Assembly (NCBI GenBank): GCA_951406725.2
Contig: OX597817.1
Location: forward strand, 55,862,001-55,926,000
Direction of reading: 5' to 3'
DNA length: 64,000 bases
Origin: Octopus vulgaris
Lineage: Eukaryota
Each line of letters starts with the position of its first letter. Position 1 is the stretch's first letter. The notes beneath the pieces are model-generated. The model made no database searches, was not told the DNA's origin, and saw only the letters and a program-made list of their open reading frames with translations. A program made the position numbers and the translations under genes. Positions 1 to 13,670 of this stretch are shown in pieces.

Positions 1-13
1 GGTGCAGCAAAGC

Positions 14-60
14 TGACAGCGATGCCCCCGCATGGGCAGCAGCTCCTAAACTAAAATTCA
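14..60 (+). mobile_element. Degenerate CR1-group LINE-type 3' tail fragment
   Basis: gcgatgcccccgcatgggcagcagctcctaaactaaaa resembles the tail ggcggtgccccagcatggccacagctcgtgagctgaaactaaa at 52566-52610. Confidence 0.45.
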
Positions 61-131
61 TACGAAAAAAAACATAAAGAAAATAATGTATATGTTTATA
101 TATATATTTATATATACACACATACACACAG

Positions 132-206
<75 letters not shown>

Positions 207-331
207 TACAATAACACACACACACAAACGAACACATACACTGACACACAGACACAGACAGCGGCAGGTGCCATCTACTCAGCTACAGTGGTAGACAAAA
301 ATGTAAAACGTTGTGTAAAGTATATACATGC

Positions 332-362
<31 letters not shown>

Positions 363-732
363 TATAAACATTCATACATACGTATTCATAAATACACGTA
401 TTTCTTCATACTTAAGCATATATAGAGACATGCATGGAAACATAGACGGAGCATTCTGCCTCATTTCTTACAATTGACGTAAAAGTTCCATCAAGTTCTA
501 AAGGAGCAATATAATCGACTGTTGGCTCCCCCAATACATGACTGGTATCTCATTGAATCTTGCTTGAAGAAAACCAAATGAACCGCTTCTTGTTTTGTAT
601 TGTAAACGTTAAAAGAACATCACTGAATACAGTAATTAGAATTGATCTTGACATTCCTCTGACATTTGGAAGTCTACACACACACACACACACACGTATA
701 CATATGTATACACACACACACACACACACATA

Positions 733-782
<50 letters not shown>

Positions 783-943
783 AATAATATGTGTGCATAT
801 GCATGTATACATACATCATATATGTTCATACTTGCGTGACACACACATTTACAGATAAATATATGTAGACATGTATCTCTATTTTATTTATATACATATA
901 CATGCATATATATACATGTATATATATTGACATATGTCTATAC

Positions 944-1005
<62 letters not shown>

Positions 1006-1038
1006 TACATATAAGTCAGTAAATGGTGGGGTATATAA

Positions 1039-1086
<48 letters not shown>

Positions 1087-1774
1087 TCGAATATTCGTAT
1101 ATATACATATACACATGCAGATGCTTACATACATGCATTTATACATAGATACGTATAAATGAGTGTATGCATGTAAGTATGAATGTATGTATGTATGTAT
1201 GCATGTATGCATGTATGTATCTATGTATGTACATAAGTGTGTTTGCATACATGAAGCAGTACATTGCATAGAGCGTATATTAAATGTTATGACTGGCTTT
1301 TCGAGTCCTCCTCGGTATTTATTCTGCTATCGATTTACATTATATGGCCATGTTTCGTCAAATTTTAAACTCGCTACTGTACCATTTGGAGTCCATATCT
1401 TTGGCCATGGCAGAGAAAGAAATATAAAAGTTGCTATCCTGTGTGATAATGGTTGATATTTGTTTGTTTATATGACTCAGTAAAAGAAAAGTATAGTCCT
1501 TGACACTTCTCGCTGATTCTGGTGAGAAGAACGTCTCTGGTGAGAGAGGACGGTCTCTTGCGAAAGAAAACGTTGCTGGTGGGAGGAAATTCTCTGATAG
1601 TCAGGAGATGCACAAGAATTAGCAATTATATCTCCTTCAAGATTTAGACGAATGTGTAAAGAGAGAATACATTTAATAATGCATCCTAAAATAGTATATG
1701 CGTGAATAAAAGGCATCCTGGACATAGATCTGGTGGATTGCGACTGAACTGTAGTTAAACTAAAACTACCATCC

Positions 1775-1984
1775 TTTCCAAAGGCACAAGGCCTGAAATT
1801 TGCGGGAAGGATCTATGTCCGATAACACCCACCCCTGTGCTGAATTGGTAATTATATCATAGATCGCGAAACGATAAAAAGGCAAAGTTGACCTGAGTGG
1901 TATTTGAACGCAGAACGTGAAGACGGATAAAATGTCCCGAGCATTTTGTCCGCTGTGCTAACGGATCTGCCAGCTCACTGTCTT
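1775..1984 (-). mobile_element. tRNA-derived SINE family A (Nin/Deu-type core), diverged copy
   Basis: Colinear with the young copies at 32430-32662 and 46748-46978 (aaggcaaagttgacc...atttgaac.cagaacgt...tctgccagctc). Confidence 0.75.
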
Positions 1985-2122
1985 GACCACGACACAAAAG
2001 ACGAACAGACGTAATACGCATTGAAAGAAAACCACTTGTGCACAAATATGTTCTGGGACTACAAGAGAACATATACAGAGGCTCAGGCATTCACGCGAAC
2101 ACATGCTTCTATGCCATACACT

Positions 2123-2182
<60 letters not shown>

Positions 2183-3320
2183 TACGCACTCATACACATA
2201 TACACACACACACTTTCTCTTCTCTCACACAAACACTCCCTCTCACACACACACTCACACACACACACCCACACACTCTCTCTCATACACACACACGCAC
2301 ACACACATACACATGTACACACATACGCACATTTACACACATACACAAACACGCGCAGACATACACACACAGGCTTATAGAAATCGAAGTTTAGTCCCTC
2401 CCTTCGACACCAGGTGTCAGTCGTCCTCGACTCAGTGTGAAAGATATAAACCTCATTAGCTGTTATCAAACATTCAGAAATTATCATAAATCTATTTACC
2501 ACAGTTATTATATTCCATTTTCATTTTTATTTTTCTACTTTTATTTTGCTTTCCGTCTTTATTTGGCGAAATGCCGCAGCAGAGAGAATCACACCAGGTA
2601 ATTTCATAGAATTAGCATAGGAGAAAATTAACATGAAATATTTGTCAGACTTGCGGTGTGTGTATACACATAGACATAGAACATTTGGCGGTACTTAATG
2701 AGCGAATGTAAACATAGATGGGATACAATCAGAAGCGAGTAGCAGTAATTGTTCTGTAGAATGGCAAGCTTTAAAAAAATCGCATTGTTGTAGAACTTCG
2801 CTGTTGAATAGAAAGGATATATAATATGAGAAATGCAAGTGTAATTCTGTTGATAACAAATGAGAAATGTGGTATAACTGTGGCATATCTTGCTATGTCA
2901 ATACACTGTGTGTGTTATATCTTATTTGAAGATTTGTAATTTGGTTGAGTTACTTTGATCTATGACAACATGGCGGACATTCGATATGAATGGGAGTAGA
3001 AATTATAAGCTTCAGCTTCGACGTATGAAAGAGAGACATAACCATTAGTGCGATTAGAACCTTGAATTTATTTCTTACCAAGTGATGGCATTAACATTTT
3101 GTCTACAAACGGTGAATTGTCAGATTTATCTAATCCCCGAGTTCAATTTCCACTGAGGTCCATTTTGCATTGTTTCTATTTTTTTTAACCTTCCGACGCC
3201 GTTGCAAAAGTACCAAGCAATTTAGAGTGGTGCGTTGACAAGACTCTAAGAACATCGAGCGAGTTCAAATCATGCTATGAGTCAGCTTAATACCCACCAC
3301 TCGGTTCCTTTCTTCTTCTT

Positions 3321-3392
<72 letters not shown>

Positions 3393-3410
3393 ATTATTAT
3401 TATTATTATT

Positions 3411-3830
3411 ATGCTTGGATTTTGCTTTGTATTTTGTACAAGTTGACTCCAAGTCTCACCCAGAGATCTCAAATTACAAGTTCAAGTTGGTGTTGTTGAC
3501 ACATTTTTGGATTATTATTATTATTATTGTTGTTGGTGTTTATTATCTTTGCACAGCTCTGGCGCTGGATATGTACTACGGCGCCAGTTGTTCTCTACCA
3601 GTGAACTAAGAAGGTAACACCTCTTATTTTTCGAGCACCATCCGGAGTATTTCGAGTGGTTCCAAGCAGTGCTGTTTTCTGCAAGTGCTCCATCCTTATT
3701 GCAGCCCTTATTTGTTCGTTGTACTACTCAAGAATTTTACTCATTGTTTCCAGGGCTCCGAGAATTATTGGTACTACAACCCCCTTTTTCATCGACAACA
3801 ACTGTTTAACCTCCCATGCCAATCTATCGA
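3411..3830 (-). mobile_element. R4/Dong-clade non-LTR retrotransposon 3' end (RLE C-terminus plus 3'UTR) inside (TAA)n arrays
   Basis: Minus strand reads DRLAWEVKQLLSMKKGVVVPIILGALETMSKILE*...MEHLQKTALLGT, matching the R4/Dong C-terminal motifs VVPIVIGALG and LQKxALLGTARILR. Flanked by (TTA)n on both sides; 3'UTR hairpin ctggcgc...gcgccag at about 3559-3588. Confidence 0.8.
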
Positions 3831-3872
3831 ATATTATAATTATTATCATTATTATTCTTATTATTATTGTTG

Positions 3873-3960
<88 letters not shown>

Positions 3961-4059
3961 TATCATTATTAGTGTAGGCAGAAAGCTGGCAGAAACGTTA
4001 GCAGACCGGGCAAAATGCCTGGCCGCATTTCGTCCGTATTTACGTTCTGAATTCGTACC

Positions 4060-4357
4060 TAGATAGATAGACAAACAGACAGACAGACAGACAGGCAGAC
4101 AGACAGATAGACAGAGAGAGAGAGAGATGGATAGATAAATAGATAGCTAGATAGATAGATAGATAGATAGATAGAGATAGATAGATAGAGAGATAGATAG
4201 ATAGATAGAGAGATAGAGAGAGAGAGAGATAGATAGAGAGAGAGAGAGACAAACAGACAAACAGACAAAGAGACAGACAGACAGACAGACAGGTAGGTAG
4301 GTAGGTAGGTAGGTAGGTAGGTAGGTAGGTAGGTAGGTGGGTAGGTAGGTAGGTAGG

Positions 4358-4423
<66 letters not shown>

Positions 4424-4563
4424 AACAATCAGATAGATAGATGGATATGCATCAGACATACTCGCGTCCGGAATAACTCGGCCCAAGGTGTGTATGTATG
4501 TATATATATATGTATATGTAAGCATGCACATATACACACACACAAATGTACATACATAAATAC

Positions 4564-4649
<86 letters not shown>

Positions 4650-4745
4650 AAGAAGAAGAAGAAGAAGAAGAAGAAGAAGAAGAAGAAGAAGAAGAAGAAA
4701 AATAGCGATGATGATGATGATGTTGATGATAATAATAATAAGCAA
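4060..4745. repeat. Compound microsatellites (GATA/GACA/GGTA)n, (AAT)n, (AGA)n, representative of dozens of (TA)n, (CA)n, (TACA)n and (GATA)n tracts across the window
   Basis: Directly visible; these tracts generate the spurious YIYI, THTH and LSIY ORFs. Confidence 0.98.
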
Positions 4746-4992
4746 TCGTTTCAGCGTTTAACTTTGAAGCTATCTTCAATTATGCTCCACCGGAAATAAC
4801 TTAGTTATCTACCGGATATTGTATTGTTAAATGAAATAGCAATAAATGTAAGATACGTATAACATAGAGAGCGACAAACAGACAGACAGACCGAGGGATA
4901 CGTGTGGGTAAATATTGCAGGCGTGGCTATATATGTGCTTGTGTTTGTGTAGCTATACGTTTGTATAATTGTGTGTGTGTGTGCGTATGTGT

Positions 4993-5033
<41 letters not shown>

Positions 5034-5332
5034 TGTGTCTGTGTCTGTGTGTGTGTCTGTGTGTGTTTTTGAGTCTTTTCGGCCTGTGTGCGTGTGGAGG
5101 TATATGCTGCCTTGCCAAAGTATGGCGTCAAGTCATTAGTCTCTCATATCGACCCAAGTGGTTAAGTCTAGTCTGTATTTTATGGGTCACAATCTGTCGA
5201 ACCGCTGGCAGGAAGGTGCAAAAGAATGCAACATATACATCAGAAACACTGCACATACACACAAACACAATCACCATATATGTATATGCATATACATACA
5301 TACATACATACATACATACATACATACATACA

Positions 5333-5391
<59 letters not shown>

Positions 5392-5664
5392 TTTTTTTTG
5401 ATTTTTTTATTTTTCCAGTTTCAGCTAATGAGCTGTGGCATACCGCCATTATATATATACAGACACAAATTCTAAATAGTATTTAACTGCTATTTCTAAA
5501 TTTCGGTATGTGGTGAAGCAATTTTCTGAACCCTAATAATAATTATGCTTATAATTATAGAATTTTTGCATGAGGTTACCGATAAAGTTCATTTTAACAT
5601 ACCGGACTAATTGGTAAAATAATTAATTATTAATTAATTAATTTTACCCTTTGTTACTATTAAA

Positions 5665-5775
<111 letters not shown>

Positions 5776-5859
5776 CATATATGTATATATATATATAGTG
5801 TGTATATATATATATATATATGCATATATATATATATAAACTTACATAAATACATGTAA

Positions 5860-5913
<54 letters not shown>

Positions 5914-5917
5914 ATAC

Positions 5918-5958
<41 letters not shown>

Positions 5959-6493
5959 CATATATATATGTGTGTGTGTGTGTGTATATATATGTTTGAG
6001 GGACTTGGTGCATATCTTCTCAAATATAATGCATGTCACAAGTTATTGATCATCCCGAATTTGTAGAACTGGATTTTTGCCCGTAGTGGGTTTCTTTCTG
6101 ACAACCCTGTGTCTGCGTTGCGAGGTTCATCACACAGCCATCACACACCTTACCTACATGCTTATTTATTCAAACCGAATATGGAACGCACTGATTCGAT
6201 TTCCATGTTTCGTGACTTCCGAAGAATTTCTTTTCTTGTAAAGAATAAAAGAAGCAGACACACATGATTGGTGTTCTATTACAATGAAGATTGGTATAAA
6301 GAACTGAAAGGGCGACATAATAAGCGAAAAGTACAGCAGGAAACTAAAACTATGTTTCTATTTATTAATATGTGTGTATGGTTATGTGTGTGAATACAGG
6401 TGTTTCTGGGTGTCAATGTAGACACAGGTCCGTCATGGCTTCGTGATGAGGTGTGATGGCTTCGAAATTTCGTGGTTACAACATCAGACTCAC

Positions 6494-6585
6494 CGCGGGG
6501 ACACATAGGCAGGTCTTCTGCCTACGAAAATCATATATCGGTCGCGCTGATTAATATAATGGGAGCGGAATTTAGTTGACCTTAG
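6494..6585 (-). CDS. Candidate internal host exon (92 nt), protein unidentified
   Basis: Acceptor tattcttctacacAG, donor CG|GTGAGT; only one frame is open: LRSTKFRSHYINQRDRYMIFVGRRPAYVSP(R); non-repetitive sequence. Confidence 0.4.
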
Positions 6586-7424
6586 CTGTGTAGAAGAATA
6601 TACACCCCGCCCCCATACACACACATATTATATATACACAAATGTGCGTGGTGTACAAATAATAAGTAACTACTTTTTTCATTGATATACCATATATATC
6701 TGAAGTAGGCTTAAAGACTGCAATAATGTGGAGGAGACAGACGGACGCAATAAGAGAAAGCGGGGTTGATAGAGAAACCACGATAGATAGACAGATAGAT
6801 AGAGAGAGAGAGAGGTGAAATTGTGGGGAAGGAGCAACAAGGAAGAAAGTGGGAGAAAGTATAAGTAGAAAAGAGATCAATATATAGATACAGTGAGAGG
6901 AGAAAAAAGATGAGAAGGGGATGACAAGAGAAATAACGACAAGAAAATAGACACAAAAAGATAGTGAGAAAAAGAGAGAGAGGGGGGACAGAGAGAGAAG
7001 GGGGACAGAGAGAAGGGGACAGAATTAGAGCGGAGACAGAGAGAGATATAGAAGGAGAGAAAGGGCAATTTGTGCCTGAGAGAATGAGAGGGAACTTTGG
7101 TATCAAATATATAGAAGTCTTAAAATCATTTACGACAAACGAGAAACATGAAAGATAGACAGACAGACGGACATGCAAACGGACAAACAGCCTGACAGAC
7201 AGACAGGCGGACAGAGAGGAAATCAGAGCAAAAAGTAAGTAAAGTGCATTCTATGAGTTGTAGAAGATGAATGACAGAAGGCTCAAATCCAAACATCACA
7301 GCAATAAGGTTTCTCTCTTTTACTGAAGAATCTATTTTGTTTAGGAAGAAAAAAAAGTCGGATCCTTTGCAAAGTGTAATGAACATTCGATCTGGCATAT
7401 TGATAAGTATTCATACGTGTATTC

Positions 7425-7486
<62 letters not shown>

Positions 7487-7611
7487 AAAGAGTGAGAGAT
7501 CAGTCGCTAAAATTAGACACAACGTCCTTTGAAGGTCTTCTCGTGTCTTTAACTTGTTCAAAGAAGGTGTTTCATTTCAGATTCTAGTTCCACGTATCTG
7601 TGTGTTTCTAC

Positions 7612-7694
<83 letters not shown>

Positions 7695-8283
7695 GTATTA
7701 CATGTACATATGTGTATACATGTATGTGGTATATATACTTCGATATATATATGTATGTGTATTATTAGTGTGCAGGTGTGTGTATGCTGTGAACGTGAGT
7801 GACCGTATGTTCGTCTTTTTGTGTAGAATTGTTTTGTGTATTTGCCTGTATATATGTGTATTTGTTTGTGCGAGTCTGCGTATATAAGTGTAAAGACGCA
7901 GAAAAAAGTACACAAGGACAAAAGTACAAATGAAAATAAATAAGGTCAATCGACCACAGAAGAGTGCGACGACAGTTACCAAAGTAATGTGAATGAAATT
8001 TAACGCACAATTTGCTCTATTTTCTACATGTTCCGGTTACTAAGAACTGATATTTCAGAAAATACCCATGGGTTTCGTAAGTATCGTATAAAACAAGATA
8101 TCTCTTAAGGCTCAACTTGATCAACCAATAGACCTGTATCTTTCTTTGATAAAAGATCTAACTTGAAAGTACCCACTGAACTTGGACACATCTTCTCAAT
8201 CATCAGATTTTTTCCTTTCATTCCAGTCTTTGAGTATATCCATCATTTTATTGGTAGCGATTCGGATAACTGAATATCGTATA

Positions 8284-8674
8284 TATTTCTTTACTACCCA
8301 CAAGGGGCTAAACACTGAGAGGACAAACAAGGACAGACAAACGGTGCGTAACTGGTACTTATTTAATCGAACCCGAAAGGATGAAAGACAAAGTCGACCT
8401 CGGCGGAATTTGAACTCAGAACGTAGTGGCAGACGAAATACCTATTTCTATTTCTTTACTACCCACAAGGGGCTAAACACAGAGGGGACAAACAAAGGAC
8501 AGACAAACGGATTAAGTCAATTATATCCACCCCAGTGTGTAACTGGTACTTATTTAACGACCCCGAAAGGATGAAAGGCAAAGTCGACCTCGGCGGGATT
8601 TGAACGTAACGGCAGACGAAATACCGCTAAGCATTTCGCCCGACGTGCTAACGTTTCTGCCAGCTCGCCGCCTT
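8284..8674 (-). mobile_element. SINE family A, full unit plus tandem partial unit within one TSD
   Basis: TSD gataactgaatatc at 8265-8278 and 8677-8690; head aaggcggcgagctggcagaaacgttagc; box B-like gttcaaat. Confidence 0.9.
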
Positions 8675-9624
8675 ACGATAACTGAATATCATATAGTTTG
8701 AGGATGGAGAGAAATACTTCTTTTCTTCTTTCATTGGTCACAGCTCATTCTATTTCTGAATTCTCTCTGGATTTTTATTGTAAGAATTAACTAGCCTAGT
8801 TTCTATTTCCACCCCACAAACACTGCAAAACAGTCAGAATTGTACAACTAACTCCGACTCAATATTATGAGAGGAATCGACTCATATTTTTAATATCTGT
8901 TCATAGAATTGTTAAGCTAACCTGTTACCCAAACAGCAATACTTACACACTGATGGCTCTGTCGGGGCTATTCGACCGACCGTTTGTACCATGAGAATTG
9001 TCCTTTGGCTACAAAATCTTATACGACCGGTGTATTAGAGATATTTTTTCTTCCCTTCTTCCGACGCACTTTTTCTAGGATCCTATTAGAAATAACCCTT
9101 CTAATAGGTTACGGCTGAATTCTCAAACTTGACCAAGGATTAGAGGAATTTTTTCTTTCCTTCTTCGGACGCATTTTTTCTTGGAAAGTCGTGAAGATAG
9201 AGTCTTCAGGTACCTCCTCCTTAGGTAACCCTCAGTCCACCTTACGGCTGAATTCTCAAGCTTGACCAACTGAGGTTACGGATATTACCCAACCATCTCA
9301 TTCTTGGTCCACTCCTTAGTCTCCTGTCGGTTGGTTCCATTCCAAGAAGTCATTTTGTGATTCTTTCTTGCATCATTCTAATCTCGTGTCCGTCGTACGA
9401 CGTGGAGAGGCGTTTTAATAATCCCATAACGAAATTCATTCTGCTGCTCGAAATAAGGTCAGGTACCGAGTTTAATGAATGCACCCACCACCACCACCAC
9501 CACAACCCCCACTTCCCAACTCATAAGCCCTCATATGAAATAAAGGATCACCTGTGTTACTTTCCTCATTTTAGATAGAAAGAAAAATGCAAGTGAAGTT
9601 CCTTCCCGACTTATATAGACACAC

Positions 9625-9830
9625 AGAGCTTGTTTCCAGGGTCCAACGGCGTATATATTTCTGCCTGGACGGGACGTCGATTCGTTGCAGGTTTACTCAT
9701 ATTTTGCTTGCAGGGTGCACTGGAGTAACACGAAATGAAATTTTTCGTTCAAGAATAAAATACGGCGCACGACCCACGGATCGAAACCACAATCTTACGA
9801 TCACCCCTAACCACTAAGCCACGCGCCTGC
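9625..9830 (-). mobile_element. tRNA-derived SINE family D
   Basis: Minus-strand head ggcgcgtggcttagtggttagg (box A) and gtttcgatcc (box B); tail shared with the copies at 30405 and 49015. Confidence 0.7.
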
Positions 9831-10166
9831 ACACTTTTTTTATGTATGTATGTATGCATGTATGTATGTATGTATATATGTATGTATGTATACATGCATG
9901 CATGTATGTATGTATGTATGTATGTATGTATGTATGTATGTATGTATGTATGTATGTATGTATGCATGCATGCATGCATGCATGCATGTATGTATGTATG
10001 TATGTATGTATGTATGTATGTATGCATGCATGCATGTATGTATGTATGTATGTATGCATGCATGCATGCATGCATGCATGCATGTATGTATGTATGCATG
10101 CATGCATGCATGTATGTATGTATGTATGTATGTATGTATGTATGTATGTATGTATGCATTTATGTA

Positions 10167-10325
10167 TACGACGGGCTTCTTTCAGTTTCCGTCAAACAAA
10201 TCCACTCCCAAGGCTTTGGTCGGCTCGTGGCTATAATAGAAGACACTAACCCAAGGTTCCGTGTTCAGTGAGACTGAACACGGAACCATGTGGCTGGGAA
10301 GCAAGCTTCTTACCACACAGCCACA
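10167..10325 (-). mobile_element. SINE family B, 5' half
   Basis: Matches 35092-35230. Confidence 0.8.
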
Positions 10326-11974
10326 TAAACAATTCCTGCTGAGACGCGAAAAAACTGATGACGATTTCCTATGGCCTCTCAGTTCAGAAAGATTTTTTTC
10401 TGAACCGGGAAGAGTTAACTGCTTTCGCTGCAGTAGTACTTCTGTCCTACTGTTTATTTATGGGGACATCGCCATCACCAATTGAGTCTCTGATTATTAT
10501 TTGATGCGTATAGCTTTCCAAACTCCTCCAAAAGATTTGACTGAATCGAGAGAGAATAAAGTTGATCTCTTATGTCTTCGCATCCAAATTAGAATGGCAG
10601 AAAATTCTGTGTTGGCTTTTGTACTCATATACACAGACACAAGCGTGTATATATACATACACGTACATATGTGAGAAGTATGTATGTACATATGTATATA
10701 TGCGTGTATGCATGTAAGCTTATATACGTGTGTGTATGTATGTGTATGTATATATACATATATATGCATGTATGTGTGCATGCATATATGTATGTAAGCA
10801 TATATATGTGTGTGTATGTATGTATGCATTATGTATGTAAGCATATATATATGTCTGCGTATATATATGTGTGTGAATGTATATGTGTGTATATATATAC
10901 ATATATATATATACATATATATATATATACATATATATATGTATGTATATATGTATGTAAATGTATATACATACATACAAGTGAATATTTGTATCTCCTG
11001 TTGCTCCTCCAGATATACATACATACACACACACACACGTACAGACACACATACACACACACACACATACATATATAGATGTGTGTGTGTCTACACGTGC
11101 CGGTGCACTTGTTTGCATCATCGAAAGTGCATTCCATGAAATTTCAGCCATACGCAAGATGATAATCCATAATTCTAATAAGCAGCTAATTCTTCGAGGA
11201 CCACTTGGCGGGTTTTCAAGTGGATGCCAGCAAGAAGGCCCGTAGCCTAAGAGTTAGACAACGCGGAAGAGGAGAGGAGAAGTAAGAGTAGGTGAGAGTG
11301 CGAGCGAGAGACAGAGAGAGAGAGAAGGAGGAAGAGGAGGAAGAGGAGGAGGGAGAGGAGGAGGGAGAGGAGGAGGTGGAGGAGGCGGACAGTAATAAGA
11401 ATGAGAATTCTACGATGAGATTTTTGAATTCGGTTTCATTTATGCTGAAACCTAATGATTGGAAAAGGTACGCACAAATATATATACTTATGAATATACA
11501 CATACTCACACGTATACACACGCACACATATATGCAAATGCACACACATATATACACACACACACACACACACACGCATACAAACACAGACATAATCGAT
11601 TACTGTTATTCATTTATGCGTTCGTGTCTCTAGGGTTGCGGCCAAGCTGGAGCACTGCCTTGAAGAGTTTAGTGAACATAATCGAACGCACTACTTTGAT
11701 AATTCCAGGCTGGTTCCTACGTATATCGTCTTTGTTTGTCGAGTCGCTAAGTGATAGATACATAATACATAAAGAGACAGACACTCTTGCTAAACGGTAG
11801 AAGACAAACGCGATCACACGAAGGCATACACTCATACATACATATATACATACAGACATACACACACATACACATGCATACACACATATTTATATAAATA
11901 AAACCCTCTCTCTCTCTCTCTCTCCCTCTCTCTTTGTGGGCATATGTGTTTCTGTGTTTGTGCATGTGTTATGC

Positions 11975-12245
11975 TGTCTTTACGTTCTGAATTCAAATTC
12001 CACCGAGGTCGACTTTGCTGTTCCTCCTTTCATGGTCGATAAATTAAGTGCCAGTTGCGTACTGGAGTCGAACTAATCAATGGCTCCCGCCCCAAAAATT
12101 TCGGGCCTTGTGCCTAGAGTAGAAAAGATTATTTAGCCAGAGGTAAGGTGGCGTTCTGACAGTATTGTAAACTCGTCAGACAAAATATTTTGCAACATTT
12201 CTTCCGGTTCTACGTCCTGAGTTCAAATCTCACCGAGGTTACCAT
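11975..12245 (+). mobile_element. Two partial SINE family A copies
   Basis: tacgttctgaattcaaattccaccgaggtcgactttgc...gtcgataaattaagt, followed by a second, decayed head. Confidence 0.75.
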
Positions 12246-12503
12246 CCATGTTTCTTATAAGTAAAATTGCTAAAAGAAACATCAACTAGGACAGAGCACA
12301 TTAAGATTTCAATCTGACGTCAGAAAACAGCTGCTTATTCAGCTGCTTACGTTGTTGTTGCTTAGCTCCAGTTTAGCACTGGTACAGGAGATCTGTCAGC
12401 ATACACGTTCACCTCGTTAAAATGCCATATTTAGTTCAGCTGTGCAAGGAGGACTTTATTATCTGAAACATCCTTTCTTTCATTATTAAATGTTACGTGA
12501 TAT

Positions 12504-12801
12504 CACCGTGATCACCGTGACCAACCAGGCTATCAGATGTTGCTACACATCGCTGGTCACAATGCGCTTCGCATTGTTTTAGCCTTCAAATGACGCCACC
12601 GCGCTGGCTAAGCGAGCAGGCCAAGAGAAGAAAGAGTGAGAGAAAGTTGTGGCGAAAGAATACAGCAGTGATCGCCACGACCACCCTGCCGGAGCCTCGT
12701 GGAGCTTTAGGTGTTTTCGCTCAATAAACACTCACAACGCCCGATCTGGGAATCGAAACCGCGAGTCCGCTGATCTTACCACTGGGCCATTGCGCCTCCA
12801 C
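12504..12801 (-). mobile_element. tRNA-derived SINE family C (tail type 1)
   Basis: Head gtggaggcgcaatggcccagtgg...gtttcgattccc; TSD acgtgatat at 12495-12503 and 12800-12808. Confidence 0.85.
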
Positions 12802-13546
12802 GTGATATAAGGGACATTTTATTTCTGTTCTTAGAAGGTCAATTGCCAGTACAACAGATCACATGATGCTTCACAAACGTTAACTTCCTCTTCTTAGTTT
12901 CAAACCGTTTCTAGACGTAACAGCTACGCTTTCACTTTAGGGAACAAAACCTCGATATTGAAGAATGGATATCACACCAGGGGGGAAAGTGTGATTGGTT
13001 AACGCAACCGGTAACACTTGGAATAATGTGATATATCACTATATGGCCATAGGGCTCTATAACTTATCAGATATCAAGTCAAGCTGTTAACACTTCCGAT
13101 TCAGTGACTAACACATCGCTAAATCTATAACAATGATATTGAATTGTTCGTGAAGCAGTTCACCTGACTGTAAGTAGGGGCCACGTTGCGAATGCTGTCA
13201 CCATTGTTGTTGTTGGTGGTGTTTTTGTTGTTGATGTTGAGGGAAGCGACCTTTGTGGCATTTCTTACGCGTTGCTACATTCCCAATCAGATAAACTTAG
13301 ACTTTGGGGGTCGATAAAATAAAATATCAATGGATGATATCGAATTAATCCTTTTCTTCAAAATTTCTAGTCTTGCACTTGAAATTAGAAAACTTTATTT
13401 TAAAGGTTTTTGCTGATGTTCAGACTTTAGTTGGCCATGAATGAGCGGGCATATAATGATAGAAATTTCGTCTCGTTCACAAATATAGACACATGCTCTT
13501 ATATATATATATATATATTTAGATGTATTTCTCCATTTTCTTATCT

Positions 13547-13597
<51 letters not shown>

Positions 13598-13670
13598 TGG
13601 TAAAAACGGTAAGATAACAAAAGAAAGAAAGAGACCTCAATATTATGTAAATAGAGGAAATTTATCTATA

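Noticed and set aside
10349-10400. CTGATGA...GAAA hammerhead-like words
   Set aside because: No stem II, and only a poly-A/poly-T stem I.
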